NCBI GenBank assembly: GCA_963737635.1
Contig: CAVTTL010000001.1
Coordinates: 480,001-544,000 of the forward strand
Direction of reading: 5' to 3'
DNA from: an uncultured Methanoregulaceae archaeon
GTDB taxonomy: Archaea; Halobacteriota; Methanomicrobia; Methanomicrobiales; Methanospirillaceae
DNA length: 64,000 nt
A model generated the notes under the pieces. The model was not told the origin of the DNA. It saw only the letters and a list, made by a program, of their open reading frames with translations, and did no database searches. Every line of letters starts with the position of its first letter. The first letter of the stretch is position 1. Position numbers and translations under genes: made by a program. This document shows positions 11,349-22,053 of this stretch, piece after piece.

Positions 11349-12116
11349 TTAATGCGCTTTTGCACTCAGCCGCTGGTCGTAGATCCGGATAGCACGGAGC
11401 AGGTCGACCTTCCGGAAGAGTGGCCAATACGGGGCACAGAAGTAGACTGCAGATTCGTGGCCATTGGCAAGCCAAGGCAGGAAATTGGAGGTACGGTATT
11501 CGTTCCCGGTTCGTATGATAAGATCGACAGGTGGGATCTCTTTTCCTTCATGGAGGTGGGATTCCACCAGCCCGATATCGATTGCCTCCGGTAAAATCTT
11601 TCCCTCGCGCACAGCTGATACGATCTCCCGGGCGGCAAGGACGATCTCGTTTCTCCCTCCATACGCTAACGCAACACTGAGAGTAAACCCGTCGTAATTT
11701 TTGGTCGTCTCTTCTGCAGCCTCTATGGCGATCCGCAGATCGTCGGGGAGGAGCGATCGGTCGCCAACCATCTGGATGCGTATCCGGTACCGGTGCACCC
11801 GTTCATCGGAGATAGTGCGGATAAATTTCTCTTTAAAAAGCAGAAACAGCTCCCGGATCTCTTCTTCGGTCCGGTTGAAATTTTCCGTCGAGAACGAATA
11901 GACGGTGATATACCGGATACCCAGGTCATGGGCCCAGTCCAGCATCTCCTCTGTCTTATCCGCCCCGGCCCGGTGGCCCTCTGCAGTATTGATTCCCGTC
12001 TCCTTTGCAAACCGCCGGTTGCCATCCTGGATAATGGCGATATGGGTCGGGATCTGCGCGCACTGCATCAACAGGTACCGCTCATACAGCGGGAGAAGAA
12101 GATCGCGGAAGTTCAC
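11349..12116 (-). CDS. uppS: Polyprenyl (undecaprenyl) diphosphate synthase
   Basis: HIAIIQDGNRRFA, YSFSTENFNR, ALAYGGRNEI, DLIIRTG..RTSNFL. Confidence 0.95.
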   Translation of the reverse strand: MNFRDLLLPLYERYLLMQCAQIPTHIAIIQDGNRRFAKETGINTAEGHRAGADKTEEMLDWAHDLGIRYITVYSFSTENFNRTEEEIRELFLLFKEKFIRTISDERVHRYRIRIQMVGDRSLLPDDLRIAIEAAEETTKNYDGFTLSVALAYGGRNEIVLAAREIVSAVREGKILPEAIDIGLVESHLHEGKEIPPVDLIIRTGNEYRTSNFLPWLANGHESAVYFCAPYWPLFRKVDLLRAIRIYDQRLSAKAH

Positions 12117-13104
12117 AGTGGCGTCACCTCCACGACCATACCACCGTCAGGATAGCGCTCGACCACCGATTTTTTGCCGGGAATTTTGTCTTTGTATTCT
12201 TCGAGAAGCCACCATGCTGTTTCGACCCGGTCGCCACAGTCGCAGAAGGCCTCCTCTTCAAGGAAGGTCCTGCACCGGGCGACGACGGCGTCCCGGGTAC
12301 TGGGTGGAGTTCCAGCACGCCGTATACGATCGTCCCGTCTTCTGTCACTTCATCGAATGACCGTGCTGTGTTCACGGCGACACGCTTAAGACGTTCCCGG
12401 AGCTGCACCGAGTCCTTGAACGAAGAGGCGCACCAGTGAACTTTTTCCTGCTTTACAGGCTCATCCGCCCATTCCCGTGCCCCACAGACGGCGTTATGGA
12501 TTCCGTCGGCCAGTTCGTAGCCGCGCTCCCGCATATCGTCGGCATTAGTCTCTCCCCATTCAAGTTCATTGATATTTAAAAAATCCAAGTACGGGAGCGC
12601 CGGGACGAGCAGCTCCAGCCCGGGGAGAGCCGGGACCTCGACGCCGATATCAAACCCCATATCTCTCGCAGACTTCGCTGACGTGATAAAGTCTGTATCG
12701 CAGATGTGATCCCAGCACTCCCGGGGCGGATGGAGCCGGATCTCGTCTACCAGCCCGATAAGTTGGGCCAATTCCGTTTTCGTCGGTGCCTGCGCTGTAT
12801 AGAGGTGAATATGATGCTCTTTGCCGAAATGGTCCTTGAGAAGTTTACCATACTGTGTGACCCTGTCGATGCAGAGTAGCGGTTCCCCGCCAGTGATGCC
12901 GGTTCCGAGCGCGCTCATGCGCTCTGCGATCCCGATTACCTGTTGTGGGGTATCGATCCTATGTTCATTTGCAAAGACTACGTCCTTTCCTTTCCGTTCG
13001 CTGGAGAGAGGGCAGTACCAGCAGGAGCGGCGGCAGCGTCCCGTAACAAAGAGTACCATCTTTGCGCCTTGGTAACAGAACGTGCAGCCTTTCGCGAGAG
13101 TCAT
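12113..13104 (-). CDS. Radical SAM protein, archaeal conserved type (frameshift near 12290)
   Basis: GCTFCYQGAKMVLFVTGRCRRSCWYCPLS (CxxxCxxC), ITGGEPL, DEIRLHP. The corrected tail VVERYPDGGMVVEVTPL overlaps the uppS start. Confidence 0.85.
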
Positions 13105-13380
13105 TTTTATGCCTGCCGGGATCCGGAAACGCGTACGGTCTCCAGAAGATTGCGTAGTACGTTGGTGCAGGGAATTCAAAACCCTTCTTGAGGTGTCCCG
13201 AGATGCCTCCGGAAGAACCAAAGGCCCCGGTGAGTGTAGATTCGATCCAGAATCCGGACAGCAGTTATTTAAATACAATATATATATTCACTGGTACGCC
13301 GGACAGATCCGCTGTCAGCATTCCCTGAAGCCTATGTGCAGGCCCTGAGGAGAGTACTGGCACTCTGTCGGGATCCAGCG

Positions 13381-15090
13381 ATGATCGATCTTCCACTTAC
13401 CTCGTTTGCCCTGATGAGGGCCGTTATAGAAAATCTTACGATTATCGCCACCTTGGTTCTTCTCTATAATTTCATACCCGATTCCCTTCTTTCACGATCG
13501 AAACTGGTCTTCTCGCTCTGGGTAGGTCTCATCTTCGGCCTTGCCGCTGCCATTAGCATCCCGTCTCTCTGGCAAACAGCGGGAGCTCCTGCCATAGGCC
13601 TCAATATTATGCTTGTCCCGCTTGCCGGCTTTATTGCAGGGCCGGTCTCGACGGTGGTCGTTGCCGGAGTCCTCCTCCTTGGAAGTTATGCCTCAAGCGG
13701 ATCTCTCTCCATCGTAGAGATCGTAATGGTGATTGTGGGCATCCTGCTTGGGACCCTCTTTTATTTTTTCCGGACCTGGAACAGGTTTCCCCGATCCTAT
13801 TTCGTCCAGATCATCTTTCTTGGCGCTGGTGTAGCGCTTATGGAAATGGGTTTATTGGCCCTCAGGTCTCTTGTGGAGAGGTCTTCTGGCCCGCTTTTTG
13901 GTATGTCTCCGTTCCTAGCGTCCCTCTTTTTGTTTGGCATCAGCTGGGCAGGTACCGTCATTATCGGGCTTATTATCGTCTTTATCGACCGGAAAAAACA
14001 GACGGAGAAGGAACTTATAAGATACGAGGCTCATCTTGAAAGTATTGTAAAGGAACGAACGGTGGAACTCCGTCAGTTAAACTCTCTCCAGCGAGCAACG
14101 ATCGAGGCCACGGCAGATGGGATTGTGGTCACGGATAGAGATGACGTGATTCGTGCGTATAACCGGAAAGCTGCCTGGATCCTGAACATTCCGGTTCAGC
14201 CTCCCCCGGATCTCCAGAAAGGCTGGGGAGATCACATCTTGGCGTCTCTTTCCGATCCCGAGGAGGTGGTCCGGCTCATTCGATCGTTACCGGATTCCGC
14301 CGAAAAGATCGTCACCACCGATATGAAATTTGCCAGCGGGAGGATCTATGAACTGTATGTCCACCCCCAGAAAATTGGTGACAGAATAGTTGGGAGGGTC
14401 TGGAGCCTCCATGACGTCACTGACCAGCGTCTGGCAGAAGATGCACTCAGAACGGCGAACAGCAAGATGGTCACGCTTGCAGAGGTAGCCAGCCATGACA
14501 TCCTCAACCAGATGACAGCGCTTTCGGCTTATCTCGATCTTCTCGCTGAGAAACCCAACGACACCACCGCCTCAAATTATCTGGATACTATGAAAAAGAT
14601 CCTCGAGGTGATCAGGCTCCAGATTGAGTTCACCCATGATTATCAGGAACTTGGGATCAAGGAACCTTCATGGCGGGACATCAGAAACGCCTTTGATACC
14701 GCTGCGAAACCGTTTGCTGACCACCCTATCGTTTTTACGTGCGATACCGGGCAGCTCGAAATCTATGCCGACGCCCTGATCGAACGGGTTTTCTACAACC
14801 TCATCGACAATTCGATCCGGCACGGCGGATCAGTATCCGCAATACGACTGTCGGTCGAAAAAGCCGATCCTGATCTCATTCTTGTCTACGCGGATGACGG
14901 TGTTGGCATCCCCTTAGAGGAGAAAGAGAAAATTTTCCTCAAAGGCTTTGGTAAGCACACCGGTCTCGGGATGTTCCTGATAAAAGAGATACTTTCGATC
15001 ACCGGCATGACCATACGGGAAACCGGGACGTTTCAGCGGGGCGTCCATTTTGAGATACGAGTGCCGGCCGGCAAATTCCGTTTTGCATGA
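13381..15090 (+). CDS. Membrane-bound PAS sensor histidine kinase
   Basis: Several N-terminal TM helices, PAS domain (TADGIVVTD...DVTDQR), H-box SHDILNQ, NLIDNSIRHG, DDGVGI, GLGMFL. Confidence 0.9.
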   Translation: MIDLPLTSFALMRAVIENLTIIATLVLLYNFIPDSLLSRSKLVFSLWVGLIFGLAAAISIPSLWQTAGAPAIGLNIMLVPLAGFIAGPVSTVVVAGVLLLGSYASSGSLSIVEIVMVIVGILLGTLFYFFRTWNRFPRSYFVQIIFLGAGVALMEMGLLALRSLVERSSGPLFGMSPFLASLFLFGISWAGTVIIGLIIVFIDRKKQTEKELIRYEAHLESIVKERTVELRQLNSLQRATIEATADGIVVTDRDDVIRAYNRKAAWILNIPVQPPPDLQKGWGDHILASLSDPEEVVRLIRSLPDSAEKIVTTDMKFASGRIYELYVHPQKIGDRIVGRVWSLHDVTDQRLAEDALRTANSKMVTLAEVASHDILNQMTALSAYLDLLAEKPNDTTASNYLDTMKKILEVIRLQIEFTHDYQELGIKEPSWRDIRNAFDTAAKPFADHPIVFTCDTGQLEIYADALIERVFYNLIDNSIRHGGSVSAIRLSVEKADPDLILVYADDGVGIPLEEKEKIFLKGFGKHTGLGMFLIKEILSITGMTIRETGTFQRGVHFEIRVPAGKFRFA

Positions 15091-15213
15091 TAGTACCGAG
15101 AGATGGTACCTGGGATATACAAACGTAGCCGCCCGCGACACTCATGGGATACAATCCAAGATCCCCTCAGGTGTGTGACAACTATTCATATCAGAAACGG
15201 CAAAGGGATCTGT

Positions 15214-15510
15214 ATGACCGGACAGGAAATATCGGTAAATATTCCTCCGACGCTCGATCCTGTGTATAGTAACATGATTCAGATCGCGTACAAAGATGAT
15301 GAATTCACGTTTGTATTCCTCCACCAGCTACCGCAGGTCAATCAGGCACGTGCTAAAGCAATCGTTTCCATAACGCCAGCGCATGCAAAGAACCTTCTTG
15401 CCGTGCTCCAGAAGACCGTGGCTGATTATGAAGGGAAGTTCGGGACAATCTCGCCGGCAAAAGAGCCTCATGCCCCGGACAGCGTAACCACACTCCGCGG
15501 GTATTCATAG
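15214..15510 (+). CDS. DUF3467 family protein
   Basis: PVYSNMIQI..DEFTFVF..IVSITPAHAKNLLAVL..YEGKFGTI. Confidence 0.8.
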   Translation: MTGQEISVNIPPTLDPVYSNMIQIAYKDDEFTFVFLHQLPQVNQARAKAIVSITPAHAKNLLAVLQKTVADYEGKFGTISPAKEPHAPDSVTTLRGYS

Positions 15511-15576
15511 AATCCTGCAAGCAGCCTTCCAAACACAGATTTTATTAGCGTACAGGTCGATATTGTGAGGCAGTGC

Positions 15577-15648
15577 GCCGCCGTGGCTTAGCGGCATAGC
15601 GGCTGATTCGTAATCAGCAGGTCGAGGGTTCAATTCCCTCCGGCGGCT
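15577..15648 (+). tRNA. tRNA-Thr(CGT)
   Basis: Acceptor GCCGCCG/CGGCGGC, anticodon arm GCTGA-TTCGTAA-TCAGC, T arm GAGGG-TTCAATT-CCCTC; no encoded CCA. Confidence 0.96.
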
Positions 15649-15864
15649 TCCTTCGCGCAGGTTGAAATCCCTACAAAACCGTTTCTCAGGGCAACCTTTT
15701 CCCTAACCTCGATAACAGGTATATCGGGACAACAAATGCGTACACTACTGGCACCTAACCGGCACATGCGGCCATATCATAACGCAAAGAGTATATACGC
15801 CGAGGTTTCTGACGATGAAACCAGACCGGTGCTCACCGTAAAAAATCGTTAGAACTAAAAAGAA

Positions 15865-16215
15865 CTATTTTTTCAGTTCTTCGCTTATCTTCTGGAATTG
15901 CTCGCTCGTGATCTCGCCTTTCGCATACCGCTCTTTCAGTATATCCAGCGCGGTCTTTTCACCCGGACCGGCTTTTTGTGCATCAGTCTCCCGGAGAATA
16001 ATATAGATTATCAGCGAGATGATCCCGATCATCGGGATGATGATAAGGATGAACCAGATCAGCCCATTCATCCCCCGCGAGTTTGCATCCCTGTACACAA
16101 AATACCCGATGATGATGAACACAACCAGCCAGAAGAGCATCATGCCCATACCAAAGAACGGGAGACCATACCCTCCATCCCATCCACCTCACATGGTATT
16201 CATCATGTATGCCAT
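15865..16215 (-). CDS. SHOCT-domain membrane protein (in-frame TGA at 16191-16189; may start at 16149)
   Basis: Two TM helices, YRDANSRGMNG, C-terminal ALDILKERYAKGEITSEQF (SHOCT). The N-terminus MAYMMNTM*GGWDGGYG is in the same frame. Confidence 0.75.
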
Positions 16216-16359
16216 ACCGCAGGCAATGCATTCGGACCCAATAAAGATTCTGACCGGTGTCATTATTTTTTTGGCGAACTTTGCATCATTTTCGTGATTT
16301 AAGAGCATCCCGCCATAACATCCTGCACTATGCAATAGAAGCGCGAAGGGTGCACGTCG

Positions 16360-16820
16360 TGGAGACCTGATTGTCCATATTGCGGCCGTTTCGCCAAACT
16401 GAATCACATGCCCTTTCATCGCTGTTATAAGCTCATGTTTGTTGGATCCGGCAGCGAGATCAAGCATCGTATTCAACCCATACACCTTGAACAGGTACCG
16501 TATCATCTGGCCATGTGGAGGACACGGCCCCGTATATCCGAGGGTCCCATAGTCCGTGACGCCCTGCACAGCCGGGATAGGTGAAGTGACCCTTCCTCCG
16601 GGCGGGATTCCAGGAGGGATCTGTTGCACAGGGGGGGGATGTTCCAGACAATCCATGGGGTGAAAGAACAACAGGATTTTTCGAACGGGTTAAAGATCAT
16701 AACTGCAACTGATGATGCATTCAACCCCTTGAGGATAAGGCGGGGAGACAGATTTCCACCATCGCATGTATGGGTGGGTGGGAATTCGAGAAAATCCAAT
16801 GAGACAATAAGTCGCTCCAT
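16360..16820 (-). CDS. YbhB/YbcL (PEBP/Raf kinase inhibitor-like) protein, frameshifted; 3' end approximate
   Basis: FPPTHTCDGGNLSP..WIVWNIP in one frame, then GYTGPCPP..YLFKVYGL in another. Confidence 0.78.
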
Positions 16821-17030
16821 TACTATAAAATCGGACAACCAACAATAAATCCTTCCTTTCCTGCACCCACCCGCGATTCGCCCGTGAGATCTTGTTTCAA
16901 AATATGTCTCAAAGGATGATAAACGGGACAAATACTATGAATCAGCATGGTAAGTGTTCCTCTTGGCTAAAGAGGGAAAAAACAGTCTTTAATGGAGTTT
17001 TCCCAAAAGTAAATTGGAGGAGACAAAATC

Positions 17031-17285
17031 ATGATCACGGTAAAGAAAAGGGATGGCCGTAAGGAGCCGTTTGTAGCCGAAAAGATTGTGGTCAGTGCCA
17101 TAAAGACCGGCGCACCGCCGGATGTGGCACGAACCATTGCCCACGGGATCGAACAGAGCGCAACTGATGGCATCTCCACGAAGGAGCTCAAGGGCAAAGT
17201 GCTCGGGATGCTCAAAGCGAAAAATCCTGAATGGGAAAGGAACTGGATGGTCTTTGATACTGCGGTAAAAAAGAGGCCGGAATAA
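17031..17285 (+). CDS. Stand-alone ATP-cone domain protein
   Basis: VKKRDGRKEPF..EKI..ISTKEL; GGAGG SD-like sequence upstream. Confidence 0.85.
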   Translation: MITVKKRDGRKEPFVAEKIVVSAIKTGAPPDVARTIAHGIEQSATDGISTKELKGKVLGMLKAKNPEWERNWMVFDTAVKKRPE

Positions 17286-17310
17286 GTGGAGACAGAGGGG
17301 GGATTGTAAT

Positions 17311-17523
17311 ATGCCATACCGATGGAAAACAAAAACCGATGCTGACGAAGCCATTGTCGTAATAATGAATGTTCTTGACAAGAATCCCGATCTGCCGAAC
17401 TGGCTGATCGTTACGCTCAATGGCTCAGTAGCTGACTCGGATAAAAAAATTGTCAAGTATTTCTTCGAAGAAGTAAAGAAACACGCCCCTAAAGCCCTCA
17501 AATATTTTGAATCCCGCGAGTAG
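17311..17523 (+). CDS. Small hypothetical protein
   Basis: 70-aa ORF with a purine-rich SD-like sequence, co-oriented with the ATP-cone gene. Confidence 0.65.
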   Translation: MPYRWKTKTDADEAIVVIMNVLDKNPDLPNWLIVTLNGSVADSDKKIVKYFFEEVKKHAPKALKYFESRE

Positions 17524-17583
17524 AAAGAGGGATCTCTTTTTTATCGAAGACCGGGAAATACCTGCCTATAAGGGACAAGGGTT

Positions 17584-18630
17584 ATGCCGGATAAGATTAA
17601 TGTCGGGATCATAGGTCTGGGCACCAAGGGGATGCTCCGGAAATCGATAATAGAAAATCACCCTGAGCTCAACCTGGTCGCCATAAGTGATGCCCACCGG
17701 CCGAATATGCCCCGGACGGAAACCTACCGCTATTACGAGGATTACCGGAAGCTTCTGGATTCCGGGATCGATGCGGTTTTTGTCGCCCCCCAGAATAAAT
17801 ACCGGCCAAAGGTCGCGATCGAAGCCCTGAACCGGGCGCTGCACGTCTTTTGTGAAATGCCACCGGGCAGGACCGTAAAAGATGTAGAGAATATTATAGC
17901 CGCAGAAAAAAAGGCCAAAGGATCTGTGCTCAGTTTTGGTTTTACCTACCGGTTCCATGGGGCCGTACTGAAAGCACAAAAATTAATAAAGACGGGTACG
18001 TACGGGAAAATCCTGTGGATGAAAGGTGTCTATGGGAAATCCGGGGGGAAAGATTTTGAGAGTATATGGCAGAGCAACCGGGAGTGGGCAGGAGGGGGGA
18101 TCCTGCTCGATCAGGGAATCCATATGGTCGACCTGTTCCTGTTCTTTGCGGGAAATTTTACCGAAGTGAAAAGTTTTGTTACCACGTCGTTCTGGAATAT
18201 CCCACTGGAAGATAACGCATTTGCCCTGTTACGCAACTCCCAAAACCAGGTTGCGATGATCCACGCTTCTTCGACCCACTGGAAAAACAAATACTCCTTT
18301 GAAATCTGCCTTGAGAACGGCTTCATCGTCATTCGGGGTGATCTCTCTCCCACCGGGGACTACGGCCCCACTGAAAAACTGATCGTCTCACCCCGGCAAC
18401 TTGAAGATAAGAGAAATACCCCCGGGGCAAGTGCAGAATTGGTAACCCATTTCAAAACTGACACCGCGTGGGTACATGAGGTGGAGGCGTTTGTTGATCG
18501 CATCCACGGCGGTACAACGACACAAAACGGAACCTCCGGCGATACCCTGAAGGCAATGAAACTGGTTGATCGGATATATCACAAGGATACGTCATGGTGG
18601 AACCGGTGGAACTTGTCTGCCGCACAATAA
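17584..18630 (+). CDS. Gfo/Idh/MocA family oxidoreductase
   Basis: VGIIGLGTKG, HVFCEMPP, GFTYRF, GGGILLDQGIHMVD. Confidence 0.9.
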   Translation: MPDKINVGIIGLGTKGMLRKSIIENHPELNLVAISDAHRPNMPRTETYRYYEDYRKLLDSGIDAVFVAPQNKYRPKVAIEALNRALHVFCEMPPGRTVKDVENIIAAEKKAKGSVLSFGFTYRFHGAVLKAQKLIKTGTYGKILWMKGVYGKSGGKDFESIWQSNREWAGGGILLDQGIHMVDLFLFFAGNFTEVKSFVTTSFWNIPLEDNAFALLRNSQNQVAMIHASSTHWKNKYSFEICLENGFIVIRGDLSPTGDYGPTEKLIVSPRQLEDKRNTPGASAELVTHFKTDTAWVHEVEAFVDRIHGGTTTQNGTSGDTLKAMKLVDRIYHKDTSWWNRWNLSAAQ

Positions 18631-18637
18631 GGAAAAA

Positions 18638-19102
18638 TCATCGGTTGTATATTGCAATTGCCTGACCACCGTATTGTACCATATGCCCTTTCATCGCGTC
18701 CTCGAGGGCATCCCTCTTCGAACCTGCAGGAATTGCCAGCTTCGCATCAAGCCCATACACGTTGATGTAGTAGGTATGCGTCTCACCAGGAGGCGGACAG
18801 GGGCCCCGGTACCCGATCGTGCCGAAATCATTGGTCCCCTGGACTGCCGTGAAAGGATCACTAATTACTGAGGTCTTTGGAATGTTTGCCGGTATAGTTG
18901 CCCGTGGTTCAATGTCCCACATCAGACAATGGGTGAAGTGTTCCGAAGGTCCGATCCAATCGTCAATAATAACAGCGAGATACGGGGAGTGGATCCGGTC
19001 AATATGAATCACGGGAGATATATCCTCGCCGTCACAGGTGTGTTGTCGGGGAAAAACACCTTTGTCGAAATCGATGCTGATGAAAAGGTTCTCGGTCTCC
19101 AT
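18638..19102 (-). CDS. YbhB/YbcL (PEBP) family protein
   Basis: HTCDGEDISP, FTHCLMWDI, GTNDFGTIGYRGPCPPPGETHTY. Confidence 0.9.
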   Translation of the reverse strand: METENLFISIDFDKGVFPRQHTCDGEDISPVIHIDRIHSPYLAVIIDDWIGPSEHFTHCLMWDIEPRATIPANIPKTSVISDPFTAVQGTNDFGTIGYRGPCPPPGETHTYYINVYGLDAKLAIPAGSKRDALEDAMKGHMVQYGGQAIAIYNR

Positions 19103-19313
19103 CTTCTGTCGCTCCTGCCTTTTCTCTATAAGGTGGGGGATGAATGACCCTGAATTACTATGTCATTCCATAATCCTATGCCGGGTTTACAAAATCTGTA
19201 ACATTGGGTGAAAGATATAAAAGATCCCGGATATCCTTGGCATGTTTTCATTTTCCGGGATCTTCCGATATGTTGATGAGTTCCCTCTGCAATATGCCGC
19301 AGAGGAGACGAGA

Positions 19314-19544
19314 ATGGTAAACATTGATGAGTCTGTCGCTAACCTTGAAATCTGCGGAAGGTTTTGTGGATCCTGTCCGGTGTACGCAGCGAATAATCTG
19401 AAAAACGGTAAACCCTCCCTGCTCTTCTGTGGCAGGGGTGGATCCACAAAGGCACCTCAAGAGAAAAAAGAAGGGTGCAACTGCCTGAAGTGTGGCGTAC
19501 ATACGCGATACAAGCTCGACAGCGACTACTATTGTATGAAATAA
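19314..19544 (+). CDS. DUF2769 Cys-rich small protein
   Basis: CGRFCGSCPVY, LFCGRG, GCNCLKC, YYC. Confidence 0.78.
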   Translation: MVNIDESVANLEICGRFCGSCPVYAANNLKNGKPSLLFCGRGGSTKAPQEKKEGCNCLKCGVHTRYKLDSDYYCMK

Positions 19545-19665
19545 TGATTCAGTAGAAGATATGGTTACGATAAAACGGACTATCGACTTACTGGAACGCG
19601 ATATTTAGTGGCTAAAAAATGCCATACCCAAACCATTAACCATCTGACGCTCCTATTATATAACG

Positions 19666-19890
19666 GTGATTTTATTGGAGAGACAGTCCGTTAAGTCATG
19701 TATTCTGCGCTCCGTGGGGTATGATGATGCCAAAAAAAATCTGGAGATCGAATTTCACTCAGGACTTGTATTCCAGTACTCAGGTGTCCCTTCAAAAGTC
19801 TATACCGATCTTATAAATTCAAGCGCGGTCGGGAAATACTTCTCTGAAAAGGTCCGGAACCGGTTCCGGACAAAACAGATGGTCGCATAA
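19666..19890 (+). CDS. KTSC domain protein
   Basis: VKSCILRSVGYD..LEIEFHSG..YSGVP..SAVGKYF. Confidence 0.9.
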   Translation: MILLERQSVKSCILRSVGYDDAKKNLEIEFHSGLVFQYSGVPSKVYTDLINSSAVGKYFSEKVRNRFRTKQMVA

Positions 19891-20102
19891 ACCATCTGGT
19901 AAAAAATTTTTTTGTTTTTTGCCGGCGTACAGGACCGGATCCTTTAAAAAATAGATTCTCTAGAGATCCTCAATCATCTCACTAGTTGTTTCATAAACTA
20001 ATTCTTAAGAGAGATCTTTTAATTTCCTTCGGCAATACGGAAAAATAAAATGCCGTTTCTATTTCCGTCGCCAAAATACGGATAGTATCAGAGGTAAAGA
20101 GT

Positions 20103-20483
20103 ATGGTGTTAAAAACTCAAAAAAAGCCAAAAATAGCCCATGGAAAAGATCCCGCATCTCACGGAGCTACAGGTGCATCTTCAGAAATTCAGTCAGGTAA
20201 AACGGTGGAACAACTGATATACGAGCTGAAAAATGGCAGCAATGAAATTGTTCGTTCATCGGCCGCAGGTGCACTCGGAAATCTGAAAGCAGAAAAAGCA
20301 GTCGGGCCACTCATCCAGGCTCTCAAAGATCAACACGTGTACGTCAGGCATGGTGCTGCCTGGGCGCTTGGCGAAATAAAAGCAGAAAAAGCAGTCGGGG
20401 CGCTCAAAGAGGCATTGAACGATGCTGATGAAGTAACGAGAGGAAAAGCGACGGAGGCGTTGAGGAAAATCCAAGGAATGTAA
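20103..20483 (+). CDS. HEAT-repeat (PBS lyase-like) protein
   Basis: VRSSAAGALG, VRHGAAWALGEI, RGKATEAL repeats. Confidence 0.88.
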   Translation: MVLKTQKKPKIAHGKDPASHGATGASSEIQSGKTVEQLIYELKNGSNEIVRSSAAGALGNLKAEKAVGPLIQALKDQHVYVRHGAAWALGEIKAEKAVGALKEALNDADEVTRGKATEALRKIQGM

Positions 20484-20638
20484 TACGAAAATAATTCGGT
20501 CACTTAGTGAGGCTTGAAAAGGATTGAGAGGATAATTCATATTGTCGTGAAAGTCGCAAAAAATCCTCATTTATTTAATTCCCTCTGCAAAATCGCTCGC
20601 ATGAGCTAGACGAACATCCTGTTATCCAGAGACATCTT

Positions 20639-21532
20639 ATGGACCAAAAATCAGCCGATATCCCATCGGTCAACCCCTCAGAAGATTCCTGTTCCCACGA
20701 ATGCGCCGGCTGCCCTTCTGCAGGAGCCTGCCCTAGTGCAAAGGCCGCCTCCGCAGCAAAGGCGGATATTGACGTAAAGCACGTTATCCTGGTGCTTTCC
20801 GGGAAAGGAGGCGTCGGAAAGTCGACGATATCTGTGAACCTCGCCTATGCACTCTCTAGTCACGGCTATCAGGTCGGTCTTCTGGATCTCGATATCCATG
20901 GACCTAATATCCCGAAGATGCTGGGAATCGAGGATCACAGACTTACGATGCTTGGCAACAGGATCGAACCGGTCCACATCACCGGGTCCCTTTCTGTTAT
21001 ATCAATGGCACTCTTGATACCTGACACGAGCACGCCCATTATCTGGCGCGGACCGATGAAGATGGCGGCGATCAAACAATTCCTTACTGAAGTTAACTGG
21101 GGATCCCTGGACTATCTTGTCGTTGATCTCCCTCCTGGCACCGGTGATGAAGCGCTTACGATTTCGCAGCTTGCGCCAAACGTTCGTGGCGCAGTTATCG
21201 TGACTACACCCCAAGACGTAGCGACGCTTGATGCGAAAAAGGCCATAAAATTCGTGGAGCAGCTCGGGCTACCGGTGCTCGGCGTTATCGAAAACATGAG
21301 CGGAATGCTCTGCCCTCACTGCGGTCAGGAGATCGATCTTTTTGGAAAAGGTGGCGGCCAGAAGATCGCCGAAGAATTTTCTGTGCCTTTCCTTGGTTCC
21401 ATTCCCCTCGATATCGACATGCGTAAGGCCGGTGACGAGGGACGGCCCTTTATTGTCAGGCACGGTGACAGTCCTACGTGGGCAAGCATGGATAAGGTTA
21501 TGGAAGCACTCATAAAAACTATCGGGGAATAA
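20639..21532 (+). CDS. mrp: Mrp/NBP35 (ApbC) Fe-S cluster carrier ATPase
   Basis: SGKGGVGKST, DLDIHGP, WRGPM, DLPPGTGD, ENMS..CPHC; Cys-rich N-terminus. Confidence 0.93.
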   Translation: MDQKSADIPSVNPSEDSCSHECAGCPSAGACPSAKAASAAKADIDVKHVILVLSGKGGVGKSTISVNLAYALSSHGYQVGLLDLDIHGPNIPKMLGIEDHRLTMLGNRIEPVHITGSLSVISMALLIPDTSTPIIWRGPMKMAAIKQFLTEVNWGSLDYLVVDLPPGTGDEALTISQLAPNVRGAVIVTTPQDVATLDAKKAIKFVEQLGLPVLGVIENMSGMLCPHCGQEIDLFGKGGGQKIAEEFSVPFLGSIPLDIDMRKAGDEGRPFIVRHGDSPTWASMDKVMEALIKTIGE

Positions 21533-22053
21533 AAAATCACGAGATTATAACCTACTCAATAAGATATGAGGAATCTCCTCCGCTGTATTTTAGAGTTTTT
21601 GCGAATATTCAGGAATAGTCCGGCGTGATCGCATACAATCCCCTCGCGTGGAAATAAGATAAATTCTCTGTTCGCGAATGTCCGGGAAAATACACCCATA
21701 TAAAGGGATATTTTTGTGAAAAGAATTATTTTAAGAGACAAAAACTGGAAATTGAAAGTAGGTTTTTTAGTTACTACTCGTATCAGGAGTATGGCGGTGG
21801 TACCAGACCGCCATTGCACCTAAGCCCCATACCAGAGAACTAATCCTCATAAACTGCCACTTTTTTCTCTGTCGGGAGAAGAGATCACCGGTTGAAATAA
21901 CCGGGGAGAGAAGGATTTCATGTATTGCAAAATGTGTATCATGATCTGCTTTTCAGGACAATCCCTTTTACGATCCCTACGCTATTCCTGACCTATAGGT
22001 CATTCCCGTTGTCAGTTGCTACTTCAGGCGGGTAGGATGAGGTTTGAAAGAGT

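Noticed and set aside
16189-16191. TGA as a selenocysteine codon
   Set aside because: Not a redox or Cys-type position, no Sec machinery in the window, and TGG-to-TGA is simpler.
21791-21814. Hairpin ATGGCGGT-N8-ACCGCCAT in a 520-bp intergenic region as an ncRNA
   Set aside because: A single 8-bp stem without other supporting structure or family resemblance.
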